Positions 1 to 9,713 of a DNA stretch of 64,000 bases are shown here, piece by piece. The position numbers and the translations under genes are program-made. The DNA is taken from assembly GCA_038064195.1 (NCBI GenBank), contig JBBTTO010000002.1, positions 141,356 to 205,355 of the forward strand, in the 5' to 3' direction. Within the stretch, counting starts at the first letter, position 1; the number at the start of each line of letters is the position of its first letter. Source of the DNA: Patescibacteria group bacterium. GTDB lineage: Bacteria > Patescibacteriota > Microgenomatia > Levybacterales > UBA12049. Below the pieces are notes generated by a model. The model was given only the letters and a program-made list of their open reading frames with translations. It had not been told where the DNA came from and searched no databases.

Positions 1-1376
1 ATCGGCTGTTTTTGGTAGGGGAAGACTTGTACGTCCGGATTTTTTGTAGCTAAGTAATTCATAGCGTAGCGGGGGCTATAGCCAAATTGGTCAGGGGAGA
101 AAATATAGTAGCCGAAAGAGGCGTCTTTTTGCGCGAATACTGATTGGGCAAGATCGTAGTTAAAGCGCCACGAACCAGAGTCTTTAGCAATATAGTTGTT
201 GACCAACATGTCTTTATAGACATGTGCTTGCTTCCAGGTTGCGAGAAAGACGAATGCGTATCCGATGACAAAAATATATTTCGGGAGGACTTTCCAACCA
301 CCGGCGATCATCAGGACAGTGAGTGGAAGAAAAGGCCAGGTATAGTAGTTCCAGATAACACCTTTAAAGATGAAAGCGAATATCCAGTAACCAAAAAAGA
401 GATAGAAGAAAAGGAGGGTACTTTTACCTTGTGTCGTCGTTTTATTCTTAATGGCTTTATACAAAAGAAAGGCAAAGAACGCCAAAATAAGGATTGTCAA
501 AATGCGGTCGGGAGAAGGAATCGTGGCTAGAGTGTTGATGAAGCCTTCAATCCGATTCATGAGCATCGCATGGGGGGTAAAGTTATCGACAGCCCCGCTT
601 TTCCCTGCCATGTAGGTCAAAAGCGCTTTGGTCTCCAGGAAATTATGTCTGAGGTCAAAGACAATATAGGTAGAGAGAGGCAGTAAAAGTACAAGAAAGG
701 CTGTAGAATGGGTAAATAATTTCTGTTTAAAAATTGTGTAAAAAATGAGCAGTGTACTTAACAGCAGGATCGGCATGCCGAAGGCGACCTGGAACTGGAT
801 AAGTAATCCGCCACAAAAAAGAGTTAGTAGCAAAGACCATATTTTTCTCTGCGTCAGGTAGTGATAGAGAAAATAAAAATAGAGGGGGAAGACTAAAACT
901 GCGCCAAAAGGATTAAAGAGGCTCGATGTCGTCCCGACCGAGACAGCCGACATAAGGATTGCGCTTAATACGCCAACAGTTTTTCCGTAAAGTTTGTATC
1001 CAACAAAGCCAACAAAGGCAGTTAAAAGCGCGACAAGGAATACCCAAAACCAGCCGACTATGACAGGATCACCCTTGCCTAGCACAAAAGCAGGAAGATT
1101 AAGATACAGCCAGAGAGGGCCGTGGAAAACCCCTGGGATACCGCCTGAGCGGGGACCGATAAGTGGCATACTATGATTTTTGACGACATCTTCAAGAAGT
1201 AAGAAATCTCGCGCCAAATCGGTATTAAATCCTACGTCACCATGGAGTACTGCTGTCGCACAGAGGTAGAGATTATAAAAAATGATGCCAAGACCGAGCA
1301 GAAGGAGAGAGAGTTGCAGGGGAGGGATCGTTGATAAAAGTGATTTGGGGTTTGTTTTAGTTTTCGAGCTCTTCAC
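1..1376 (-). CDS. GT-C fold (ArnT/GT39-like) membrane glycosyltransferase, 3' end off window
   Basis: Manual translation from GTG 1376: ...DLARDFLLL...PLIGPRSGGIPGVFHGPLWLYL..., many TM segments; not in the ORF track because it runs off the window. Confidence 0.7.
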   Translation of the reverse strand, partial: MKSSKTKTNPKSLLSTIPPLQLSLLLLGLGIIFYNLYLCATAVLHGDVGFNTDLARDFLLLEDVVKNHSMPLIGPRSGGIPGVFHGPLWLYLNLPAFVLGKGDPVIVGWFWVFLVALLTAFVGFVGYKLYGKTVGVLSAILMSAVSVGTTSSLFNPFGAVLVFPLYFYFLYHYLTQRKIWSLLLTLFCGGLLIQFQVAFGMPILLLSTLLIFYTIFKQKLFTHSTAFLVLLLPLSTYIVFDLRHNFLETKALLTYMAGKSGAVDNFTPHAMLMNRIEGFINTLATIPSPDRILTILILAFFAFLLYKAIKNKTTTQGKSTLLFFYLFFGYWIFAFIFKGVIWNYYTWPFLPLTVLMIAGGWKVLPKYIFVIGYAFVFLATWKQAHVYKDMLVNNYIAKDSGSWRFNYDLAQSVFAQKDASFGYYIFSPDQFGYSPRYAMNYLATKNPDVQVFPYQKQP

Positions 1377-1414
1377 TTAGAATATAGTAACACAATTAAC
1401 TCGTTCTCTTAAAC

Positions 1415-1444
1415 AAAAAAAACCACCATTGCTGGTGGTTTTTT
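1415..1444. terminator. Intrinsic terminator after tmRNA (bidirectional hairpin)
   Basis: A-tract ACCACCA-TTGC-TGGTGGT T-tract. Confidence 0.8.
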
Positions 1445-1449
1445 ATATG

Positions 1450-1865
1450 TGGAGATGTCCGGGTGTGATCCGGAGTCCGAAAATGTAATTTAGAAACATC
1501 TACAAGCGTAGTTGATCATTAAATGTCGCTTTCCCGTGGCCGGTCAACAGGTATAAGAAAGCCTAGGTTTATAAATCCGGTGCTACGCGTAACCATACAT
1601 AGTCCTTAACTCAACTGTTAAGATACCCATGGTCGCCCGTTGAGAAAAGCTTCCATGAATAGCCTGCTAGACCTTAAGCAGCAAACGCAAATTGTGCGTT
1701 CACTGGCATAGAGCCAGATACAAGCTGGTCAACTCGTCTTGCGACTCGTTGTCCAACGCTTCGGAATGAATCCTTAGCATTTGTTTTTTATCAGAGTTTT
1801 ACGACTATCTAACGCGTCGGCTTGCAGTTTTTAAAGAACTAATCTCGTCGAATCAAATCATCCCC
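1450..1865 (-). ncRNA. ssrA: tmRNA
   Basis: 5' GGGGATG...GATTCGAC pairs with 3' CATCTCC-A (G3-U alanine pair); internal tag frame 1778-1674 ends AFAA*; adjacent to smpB. Confidence 0.93.
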
Positions 1866-1912
1866 TTGAGAGTCTCAGGTACTAAGCCTAAGAGCCTCAA
1901 GTGAGTGACTTA

Positions 1913-2350
1913 TTAGCGGGATTTTAAATGTGCGGCCATTTCTCTTTTAAGGTCTTTACGCTTCTTCTGTTCACGCTTATCAAATTCTTTGCGTGACTTA
2001 CCGATAGCCAGTTCAACCTTAATGAGATTACGTGTAGTATACATCGAAACAGGCACGATTGTCAAGCTGGCACCGTGCGTTTTGTGCTTAAGACTGATGA
2101 TTTGCTGCTTGTGAAGGAGTAATTTTCTTGTTCGATTTTGATCATAATCCTGAGTGCGTGCGTATTCATAAGGGAAGATTTTGGCATTGATCAAATAAGC
2201 CTCACTTCCGATTATCCGGGCATAGCTACCGGTGAGGTCGGCATGGCCTTCACGCACGGCCTTGACCTCCTGGCCTTGCAGGTTAATTCCGGCTTCAAAA
2301 GTCTCGAGGAGTTCATAGTCAAAATGCGCACGCTTATTAACGATTTTCAT
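1913..2350 (-). CDS. smpB: SsrA-binding protein
   Basis: NKRAHFDY..FEAGI.L.G.EVKA.R, RTRKLLLHK motifs. Confidence 0.97.
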   Translation of the reverse strand: MKIVNKRAHFDYELLETFEAGINLQGQEVKAVREGHADLTGSYARIIGSEAYLINAKIFPYEYARTQDYDQNRTRKLLLHKQQIISLKHKTHGASLTIVPVSMYTTRNLIKVELAIGKSRKEFDKREQKKRKDLKREMAAHLKSR

Positions 2351-2434
2351 GGTTCGGCTTTGCTCACCACAAGTTCAGTGGAAGTAGCTCGTTGATATGA
2401 TAGAGGATTGAGGCGGGATTGTAAATCGAGGCGC

Positions 2435-4234
2435 CTAAAGGCCAAGCTCGTAGATTTTGCCACCTGCGAGGACGAAAGCTGATTTCTCATCAGTACTGAT
2501 CGTGAAGGCTTTGGTATCTTTGAGGATCGATGCTTGGTACTGTGCGACAAATGTGCCTGATTTATCTAGCTTCACGATACGGTTTTTGCTAGGATCCAAA
2601 ACATAGAGATTATCAATGTCACTACTCGTGAAGATAGCAAGGGGAGAGGTGAAGTCATCAGTTAGCCCGCTGACTGAAAATGACTCCTCAGTCCCCTTTG
2701 TATATTTCTTGATCGAGCCGTCTGAAAAGAGGATATAGATCGAGCCGTCAATTGCCATACTGACTGCATCTTTAAGATCAGGAGTATCACCTTTAAAATA
2801 AGTGGATGAAGCGTATTCGCCCGTACTGGTCGGTACGAATTTGAGAAGTCCTTCTTTAGGATCAAGGACGTAAAGATTGCCTGAAAAGACTCCCAGGGAT
2901 TTGGGATCAGACCAGTCAGAGTCATTTTTGACTACATCTTCTTTCTTGCTGCCTGATTTGGTTATACTGGCAATAGTTTTACTTGATATTGTATAGATAT
3001 TGTCCTCATCCTCAGTTGCGCTGCGAAGAGTACTATCCTTACTGAGTGTCTGGAGTAGAGGCGCATCCGTACCACTTATTTCTTTGGCAGTAACGCTACT
3101 TGACCCTTCTGTTTGCTCAAGCCTTTCGTCTACTTGGCTCTCAAGGTCGGTTAGCTGTTGCTCCTCTTTTGAGTCTGGCTTAAATTGCCCATGTGACTTA
3201 ACGAGAGTATCTTTGGCTGACTTGTAGTCATCACGGGCCAGCGATTTGTTAAGACTTAAAAGGCCCTCACCCTCATCAAAATCTTTTTTGGCGCTGGTAT
3301 AGATTTCCTGAAAAAGAGCTTTCTCCTTACTTGTTGCCTGCTGGCGCTGGATAAAGATAATACTGACGATTAGCAACCCAAGCAGGAGAATTGCCAGGCC
3401 TCCGACCAGCTTTTTCTGACGGGGGATCTGAAGATGGGGAAGAGTGATCTTGGGAAGGCGTGCTTTGAGTGATGGCCTATCACCTGTGTCAGTTCCTTCC
3501 TCATATGATAATGGCGATTGAGTTTTCTCTTCAATGTTCTGTTCAAGGATGGGCGGCTGGTGAATAATTGGCGGCTCGGATGGATGCGGACTTGCTGTCT
3601 CCTCAAGCAGGTCTTCACTCACAGCCCGGGAGATGCCGTTAAAGACTAAGATAATTGCTGCCGATCCACCTTCCTCTTCGCCATGGACAAGTGGCGAGAT
3701 AGTCTCGGCTATATCACTGGGAAGCGTGTATTCAAAAGCCTGGGCGAGAGTTTTTTGCGGGACACTTTCCACAAATTGTGTCGTTTGTAGCATTACAAGG
3801 TCATCTGTCTGGAGGTAGCCTGATGCGCTCTGGACGGTACGGGTTGTTTTGTCCTGGAGGTGGCTGACAATTGTGCCGATTTTCTCACCACGCTTGAGCG
3901 TAATGCGTCCTGTCCCGACGACAAAAGCATAAAGCGTATCATCTTTAATGTAGGCAAGGCAAAGTGAAAGCTCAATGCCCTCAGGTATGTCACGGATTGC
4001 CTGGTTGACAGCAGTTGTTATGGATTCAAAGGTTTTGTCCTCCAGACCGAAGAATTCAGCCTCAACGTTACTGAGGATTTGCTTGCCTATAGTCGGTAGG
4101 TTTTCTTGTAGTTCTTCATTTGAGGTGACAAGTGAGAGAGCAATAAAGAGACTGCCGGCATTATAGGCCTGAGACCATGAGGTAGCTGTGGGCGTGGCAA
4201 CTACTTTGGCAAAACTGAGATTGGTAGCTGGCAT
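2435..4234 (-). CDS. Single-TM protein with degenerate PP2C-like N-domain and beta-propeller (NHL-like) C-domain
   Basis: Central TM; repeated LYVLDP / IYIL blades. Confidence 0.55.
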   Translation of the reverse strand: MPATNLSFAKVVATPTATSWSQAYNAGSLFIALSLVTSNEELQENLPTIGKQILSNVEAEFFGLEDKTFESITTAVNQAIRDIPEGIELSLCLAYIKDDTLYAFVVGTGRITLKRGEKIGTIVSHLQDKTTRTVQSASGYLQTDDLVMLQTTQFVESVPQKTLAQAFEYTLPSDIAETISPLVHGEEEGGSAAIILVFNGISRAVSEDLLEETASPHPSEPPIIHQPPILEQNIEEKTQSPLSYEEGTDTGDRPSLKARLPKITLPHLQIPRQKKLVGGLAILLLGLLIVSIIFIQRQQATSKEKALFQEIYTSAKKDFDEGEGLLSLNKSLARDDYKSAKDTLVKSHGQFKPDSKEEQQLTDLESQVDERLEQTEGSSSVTAKEISGTDAPLLQTLSKDSTLRSATEDEDNIYTISSKTIASITKSGSKKEDVVKNDSDWSDPKSLGVFSGNLYVLDPKEGLLKFVPTSTGEYASSTYFKGDTPDLKDAVSMAIDGSIYILFSDGSIKKYTKGTEESFSVSGLTDDFTSPLAIFTSSDIDNLYVLDPSKNRIVKLDKSGTFVAQYQASILKDTKAFTISTDEKSAFVLAGGKIYELGL

Positions 4235-4237
4235 CTC

Positions 4238-4471
4238 TTATAGTATAACAAGTGCTGCAACAAAAAGGGAAATCGTGCTTAAAAGGAAAAGAATTGAGAT
4301 AAAGCTAATAAGCGGAGAACCTAAGGTGCGTTTGATTACTAAAAGCTTGGTCAAAGAGCGAATATTATTGTAAATAACTAAGACAAAGATCGAGTATATA
4401 CCTATAAAAAAAAGTATGATAACTTTTATTACTAGATTGAAGTCAATCAGAGGGAAGTTTGAGATATTCAT
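4238..4471 (-). CDS. Small 2-TM membrane protein (DUF5657-like)
   Basis: 77 aa, hydrophobic, operonic with neighbours. Confidence 0.55.
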   Translation of the reverse strand: MNISNFPLIDFNLVIKVIILFFIGIYSIFVLVIYNNIRSLTKLLVIKRTLGSPLISFISILFLLSTISLFVAALVIL

Positions 4472-5115
4472 GCTGTACCTCCTGGCATGAGCTTACTGAT
4501 GAGGCTTGTTATCCGAGCCGGATGAGGAACTTTAAGGAATTCGAAGTTGGGCTTGAGTGCTTCTGTCTCCATGAACACATCTCCGAAGTCAAAGAGGTTT
4601 TGTTTAAAACCGCTTTGTTTGTAGGAGATATCTGTGATTTCCCGTATAGTTGTTGCAGCCACATCTTTGGTACTGATGCTGTTGACATCAACATCAATAA
4701 CCCGGAGGTTAGTAACGAGCCCCACATTATAAAACCAGATAACGAAGTTGACGAAGGCAAAGCCAAAGACGATCAGATAATAAAAAATAGTGCCGATAAT
4801 GATAAAGCGAAGCGGAATCGGAAGTGAGAAGTTAAGGAAGGGGAGTGCGGCTAAGAGAGCCAGGGGTAAGATAGCCAAGAGGATCGTTCCTGTTTGCCAT
4901 TCCAGATTGGTTGTGTAATGCCGGCGGAGGAAAAGAAGAATTTTTTCATCTTCTCTTTGGTTTTCAAAGGCAACTCCTTCAGGCATTTCATGGAAACAGG
5001 TGAGGATGTGAGGCTCTGTCGTTTTGAGTTCAACTTGACCCGGCGTAGCTCTCTTAAGGGGGTGAGTTGTCGAATCTACCTCTGGTGTGGAATCTGATAT
5101 ATAGAGATCAGGCAT
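4468..5115 (-). CDS. Membrane protein with bacterial PH domain
   Basis: E.I...LRRH, TN.RVID, FDFGDV..ET motifs. Confidence 0.75.
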   Translation of the reverse strand: MPDLYISDSTPEVDSTTHPLKRATPGQVELKTTEPHILTCFHEMPEGVAFENQREDEKILLFLRRHYTTNLEWQTGTILLAILPLALLAALPFLNFSLPIPLRFIIIGTIFYYLIVFGFAFVNFVIWFYNVGLVTNLRVIDVDVNSISTKDVAATTIREITDISYKQSGFKQNLFDFGDVFMETEALKPNFEFLKVPHPARITSLISKLMPGGTA

Positions 5116-5223
5116 ATAAGAAGATCAAAAGTAAAAATGTAAAAGTCAAAATATGGGTAGTTTTTTGATATTTGATTTTTGAATTCTGATCTTCCGTATT
5201 ATACCTCATCTGAGCAACTGAAG

Positions 5224-6912
5224 CTATTTATGCTCGATATTAAAAAAGGCGAATCCGCTTTGGGGGATTGACAAGCGACCCGGTGCGCGTAAGTTAAATG
5301 CTCGCTTAAAATCATCTCCTGACATACTCACCCCGTTAATTGTTACGTTAGTTGTGGAGCCATTACCCTGCGAAACCGAGACACTGGTGGCGCTACTCAG
5401 TCCTCCGTTACCTGAGACCAGATTTTTTAACTCATCCATACTATACGGATTACCTCCCCAGCAGGAGCTAATTGGTGTAATTCTTGATGTGTCGACACCA
5501 CCGGTTCTTAATGCTATGGCGGCATTGACAATGTCAGCCATTTCTTGGGGACTTAGCCATGGATTTGTTCTCCCGCATTTATCTGAACTCGTACTATATC
5601 CTTGTGTATACCACGCTTTATAAAGCCATGGAGACCCCCCGATTTTTTCGTAGGCTTTATCGGTAAAGTTAGTTCCTCCTGAGCCATCAGTTGTATCCCA
5701 GCCGGAGGTGGTAAGATAGCCACCGGTTGTAGAGGAAAAGTAGGTGACGACGTCTTCAATTACTTGCCCACGTGTAGCTTGTACTGCTTGTTTCCAGGCA
5801 TCAGGTGGATTATCCGCTTTTGAGCTTGAGAAGACCTGACATCCCTCATTAGTACAAATGGAGGTTCCCTGGACTTTGTATCTATAGGCATATGTTCGAG
5901 CTGCAATTGCCTGAGCTTTTAACGCTTCCGTAGGCCAGGTAGACGGCATTTCAGCAATTCCCATGAGATATCTGTCTTCAAAATTCATACTTCCAAGTCC
6001 ATCTACCTGAATATCCCCTCCGGTATCCTTACTGACAGGATCTTTGCCGTAATAGGCATGAAGAATCTGATTTGTACTCTGTCCTTGAGAAGCCCTTCCC
6101 CGTGCTCCGTACTGACTGAGACCTTTTCTATGCGTATAGGCGCCAAAGGCGAAGGCGGCGAAATAGCCACTTGGTGCTGCCTCACGGAAGCCTTTAATTG
6201 ATGCGTTATAGTCATCCGCCAGATCACTGTCGCCAATTGAGACAGTAAAGCCTCCGCTACGTGAGTTAACAATCTCCTGTTGCTTAGCTGAAAGTTCTGC
6301 AATTTTGCCAGATACTTCGGCCTGGTATGTTTTGGCGCCTTTAATAACCGTATCTAACTTACCTGACTGTTCGTCCAGTGTCGCTTTAATACTGACCAGC
6401 CTTTTTTGCTCATTCTCAAGTACAGCTTTTCTTTGTTCTAAGTCAGTAATGGTGAGAGCAATATTAGTGATCACTGATTTGTCTTGGTTTGTTTTAGCCC
6501 GTTGGTAGGCAAGTAGCTGCGTTATCTCTGAAGCAGATCCGGCGGAGAAGAAGAGTTGGAGCGGGTTATTATAGTAACTTTTAATATAGTAATCCCGAAT
6601 CGTTTTATTGAGCATTTCCTCTTTATCGCCTAAGTTTTTATAGCCATCCTCGATATTTTTTTTCTTAACGGCCATATCTGACTCAATTGTCGTGACGCGG
6701 TTTTTAATGCCAGTTATTTGTGTCTGGATCGCGGTCAGTTGTGACTCGAGGGGTTTGGTGGCAGCGATCGATTGATTAAGGGCTGTGGTGAGATCACCGA
6801 TTTGTTTATTAAGGTCGTCTAGTTCATCTGAATAAGTGACAGGAAGAGGAAGACCGACTACCAAAAGGATAAGAACACACAAGAACAAAATACTCCGAAG
6901 GATTTTGGGCAT
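5224..6912 (-). CDS. Coiled-coil + SpoIID/LytB peptidoglycan lytic protein
   Basis: H..GLSQYGA, EM...WP.EALKAQAIAARTYA; likely start ATG 6912 with signal peptide. Confidence 0.85.
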   Translation of the reverse strand: MPKILRSILFLCVLILLVVGLPLPVTYSDELDDLNKQIGDLTTALNQSIAATKPLESQLTAIQTQITGIKNRVTTIESDMAVKKKNIEDGYKNLGDKEEMLNKTIRDYYIKSYYNNPLQLFFSAGSASEITQLLAYQRAKTNQDKSVITNIALTITDLEQRKAVLENEQKRLVSIKATLDEQSGKLDTVIKGAKTYQAEVSGKIAELSAKQQEIVNSRSGGFTVSIGDSDLADDYNASIKGFREAAPSGYFAAFAFGAYTHRKGLSQYGARGRASQGQSTNQILHAYYGKDPVSKDTGGDIQVDGLGSMNFEDRYLMGIAEMPSTWPTEALKAQAIAARTYAYRYKVQGTSICTNEGCQVFSSSKADNPPDAWKQAVQATRGQVIEDVVTYFSSTTGGYLTTSGWDTTDGSGGTNFTDKAYEKIGGSPWLYKAWYTQGYSTSSDKCGRTNPWLSPQEMADIVNAAIALRTGGVDTSRITPISSCWGGNPYSMDELKNLVSGNGGLSSATSVSVSQGNGSTTNVTINGVSMSGDDFKRAFNLRAPGRLSIPQSGFAFFNIEHK

Positions 6913-7000
6913 CCATTCATTATAGCAAATGCTGTCACTATCGCCACTTTTACTTGCAAAAAGAAGAAAGTATGCTACACTCAGGGGACTTTTAGCGTAT

Positions 7001-7588
7001 ATGGACAAGCAATTCTCAAACTTCAGTAGTTATACCAAGCCGCCTGCATCTGCTAAAAAAAGAGCTTTTATTTATGTTTTGCTTTTTGTCGTTCTGATCG
7101 GTCTGGCAATTGTTGCCGGGAATTATTTTCTTTCAAGTAAAAAAGCAAAGTCGAAAGTCGAGCCGACGCCTACCCCCACTCCGACAATTGTTATTCCAAC
7201 CGCAACACCTACGGCCAGCCCGTCAGGTAAGTCCACACCCACCCCAACTGTTAAAGTATCACCTACAGCTAAAGTGAGTCCTACTGTCTCCCCGACAACT
7301 GCAGTTAGTAAGACGCTGACGATTCAAGTGTTGAACGGGTCAGGTACTAAGGGGGAAGCGGGGAAAGTTGCCTCACTTCTTAAGGCAGCGGGGTATAGTA
7401 TCTCCTCAACCGGTAACGCCGATACCTTCGACTATCAAAAAACAGTTATTCAGATTAAGAAAAGTAAGCTCTCCTATGCTACACAGCTTAAAAAAGATTT
7501 GTCAGCTTCCTATACGGTTGATCCGACAGTTCAAACACTTGCCGAGAGCTCAGAAGCAGATGCTATAGTTATAGTAGGTGCAGAGTAG
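7001..7588 (+). CDS. TM-anchored PT-linker protein with LytR C-terminal domain
   Basis: VLNGSG..G.A, GNAD, IVIVG motifs. Confidence 0.85.
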   Translation: MDKQFSNFSSYTKPPASAKKRAFIYVLLFVVLIGLAIVAGNYFLSSKKAKSKVEPTPTPTPTIVIPTATPTASPSGKSTPTPTVKVSPTAKVSPTVSPTTAVSKTLTIQVLNGSGTKGEAGKVASLLKAAGYSISSTGNADTFDYQKTVIQIKKSKLSYATQLKKDLSASYTVDPTVQTLAESSEADAIVIVGAE

Positions 7589-7597
7589 CACCTCACT

Positions 7598-8548
7598 ATG
7601 ACACTAGACGCAGTAACCATAGGCAACGCGACTATTGACGCTTTTCTTATCCTTGCCGGCTCCAATTCAGCTGTTTCGTTAGACAATGTCCATAAGCGAT
7701 TGTGTGTTGACTATGGGCAGAAGATCCCGCTTGAATCCTGTGATTTTTTCCTTGGAGGTAATGCCTGTAATGTGGCTGTGGGGTTAAGCCGCGCCGGGTT
7801 TAAGACGGCAATTATTGCAGAAATTGCCAGGGACGAATTTTCAGAGAAGATTTTAAACGGTCTAAAAAAAGAAGATGTGGAGACTGATTTTTTACTAAGA
7901 GGGGAGGGTCAGTCGTCTTTTAGTATTGCGCTTAATTTCCAGGGTGAGCGTACTCTTTTTGTGGAGCATCGTGATAGGCAGCATAATTTTAACTTGAACG
8001 AGATTGAGGCCAAAGCGCTGTATCTTACCTCACTTGGGCATACCTGGCAACATGTCTATAAAAAAGTCGCCGCTTATCTTCAAATGCGCCGTGAGGTAGT
8101 CTTGGCTTTTAATCCGGGTACAACACAATTCTTAGATGGGGTCAAAACCTTTGACTTTATTTTTCCGTTAACGACAATTCTTTTTGTCAATCGTGAAGAA
8201 GCCGAGAAGATTGTGGGTCGCAAAGAAGATATCCCCTCCCTCCTCGCTGATTTACAAGCAACGGGTGCGAAAATTGTCAGCTTGACGGATGGCGCGCGCG
8301 GAGGCTATGCTATTGACGAGCAAGGGAAGATACACCATCAACCCATCATTACCTGTCCGGTTGTGGAGCGGACAGGAGCAGGAGATGCCTATGCAACAGG
8401 CTTTCTGGCAGCCTTTATGCAGGGGCAACCGGTCTCAACCTGTATGCTCTGGGGGGCACATAATGCTGCCTCAGTTATCGGACAAATCGGAGCACAGCCG
8501 GGATTATTGAGAAAAGAGGAATTAGAAATGAAAAATCCTAAGTTCTAA
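7598..8548 (+). CDS. PfkB-family carbohydrate kinase
   Basis: GGNACNVAVGLSR, NREEA, TGAGDAY. Confidence 0.92.
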   Translation: MTLDAVTIGNATIDAFLILAGSNSAVSLDNVHKRLCVDYGQKIPLESCDFFLGGNACNVAVGLSRAGFKTAIIAEIARDEFSEKILNGLKKEDVETDFLLRGEGQSSFSIALNFQGERTLFVEHRDRQHNFNLNEIEAKALYLTSLGHTWQHVYKKVAAYLQMRREVVLAFNPGTTQFLDGVKTFDFIFPLTTILFVNREEAEKIVGRKEDIPSLLADLQATGAKIVSLTDGARGGYAIDEQGKIHHQPIITCPVVERTGAGDAYATGFLAAFMQGQPVSTCMLWGAHNAASVIGQIGAQPGLLRKEELEMKNPKF

Positions 8549-8635
8549 TATCGAAACTCGAAACAAATTTAAAATGCAAATTACAAATATCAAAAATTAT
8601 TTCGGATTTCGTGCTTTGGTATTCGAATTTAGTAT

Positions 8636-9079
8636 ATGAAAGTATATATTGGAGCTGACCATAGGGGTTTTGCCCTCAAAGAAAAACTTAAGCAGGGATT
8701 AGGAGATGTTGACGTAATTGATATGGGTGCTTTTGAGCATCAACCGACTGATGATTTTGTAGATTTTGCAAAAGTAGTTGCACAGAAAGTAAGCACAGAT
8801 ACTACTGCCCGTGGAGTTCTCATTTGTGGAAGTGGTGCGGGGATGTGTATTGCTGCCAATAAGGTAACGGGCGTCCGTTCAAGTGTCGGGCATTCGGTTA
8901 AAGAAGTTATAGCCGCCAGGCATGACGATGATATTAATGTGCTTGCCCTCCCCTCAGATTTTGTTGATGATACACTGGCTTTGGAGATGGTAAAAGCATT
9001 TCTTACTACGGCATTTATTCCTGAAGAGCGTTTTGTTCGCCGGATTGCCAAGATAAAGGAGCTTGAGACGCATGCATGA
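8636..9079 (+). CDS. rpiB: Ribose-5-phosphate isomerase B
   Basis: GADHRG, CGSGAG..IAANK, AR.H.D.NVL. Confidence 0.93.
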   Translation: MKVYIGADHRGFALKEKLKQGLGDVDVIDMGAFEHQPTDDFVDFAKVVAQKVSTDTTARGVLICGSGAGMCIAANKVTGVRSSVGHSVKEVIAARHDDDINVLALPSDFVDDTLALEMVKAFLTTAFIPEERFVRRIAKIKELETHA

Positions 9080-9713
9080 AATACTCCCCGGAATTTTAGA
9101 ACAGGACTGGAGTGCTATTGAGAAAAAACTCGAGATTATAAAACCTTTTGCTCAGTCAGTTCATGTGGATATTATTGACGGTAAGTTTGCTCCGAATACC
9201 ACCTTTCTTGACCCCAGCCCCTACGCGCGCTATACCAAAGATATGCTGTTTGAACTGCACATGATGGTTGAGGAGCCGGAAAGTTATTTGGAGGCATGGG
9301 CAAAAGCGGGCTTTCGTCGCTTCATCGGTCATATTGAGAAGATGAGTGACCAGACGTCATTTATTGCTAAGGCTGAGGAGTTGGGAGAGGCAGGGTTGGC
9401 AGTTGACGGCAAGACAAGTCTGGAGCAGATAAAGGTCAGTTACCAGGATATAGATACAATGTTAATAATGACGATCAATGCCGGCTTTTCAGGGCAATCC
9501 TTTATGCCTGAGTACTTGGATAAAGTTAAGACGTTATCGGATTTGGAGCTGTTCCCAATTGAGATAGATGGAGGAGTGAATAGTCAGACAATCAAGCAGG
9601 GTCTGGCAGCCGGGGCAAGGCGATTTGTCTCAACCAGCTATCTTTTCTCCAGCCCTGCCCCGGAAAAAGCATATCACGGACTTCTCTCTAGCGCCGCGTC
9701 TGTGTCGGCGTGA
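9072..9713 (+). CDS. rpe: Ribulose-phosphate 3-epimerase
   Basis: HVDIIDG.F.PN, HMMV, GFSGQ, IDGG. Confidence 0.92.
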   Translation: MHEILPGILEQDWSAIEKKLEIIKPFAQSVHVDIIDGKFAPNTTFLDPSPYARYTKDMLFELHMMVEEPESYLEAWAKAGFRRFIGHIEKMSDQTSFIAKAEELGEAGLAVDGKTSLEQIKVSYQDIDTMLIMTINAGFSGQSFMPEYLDKVKTLSDLELFPIEIDGGVNSQTIKQGLAAGARRFVSTSYLFSSPAPEKAYHGLLSSAASVSA

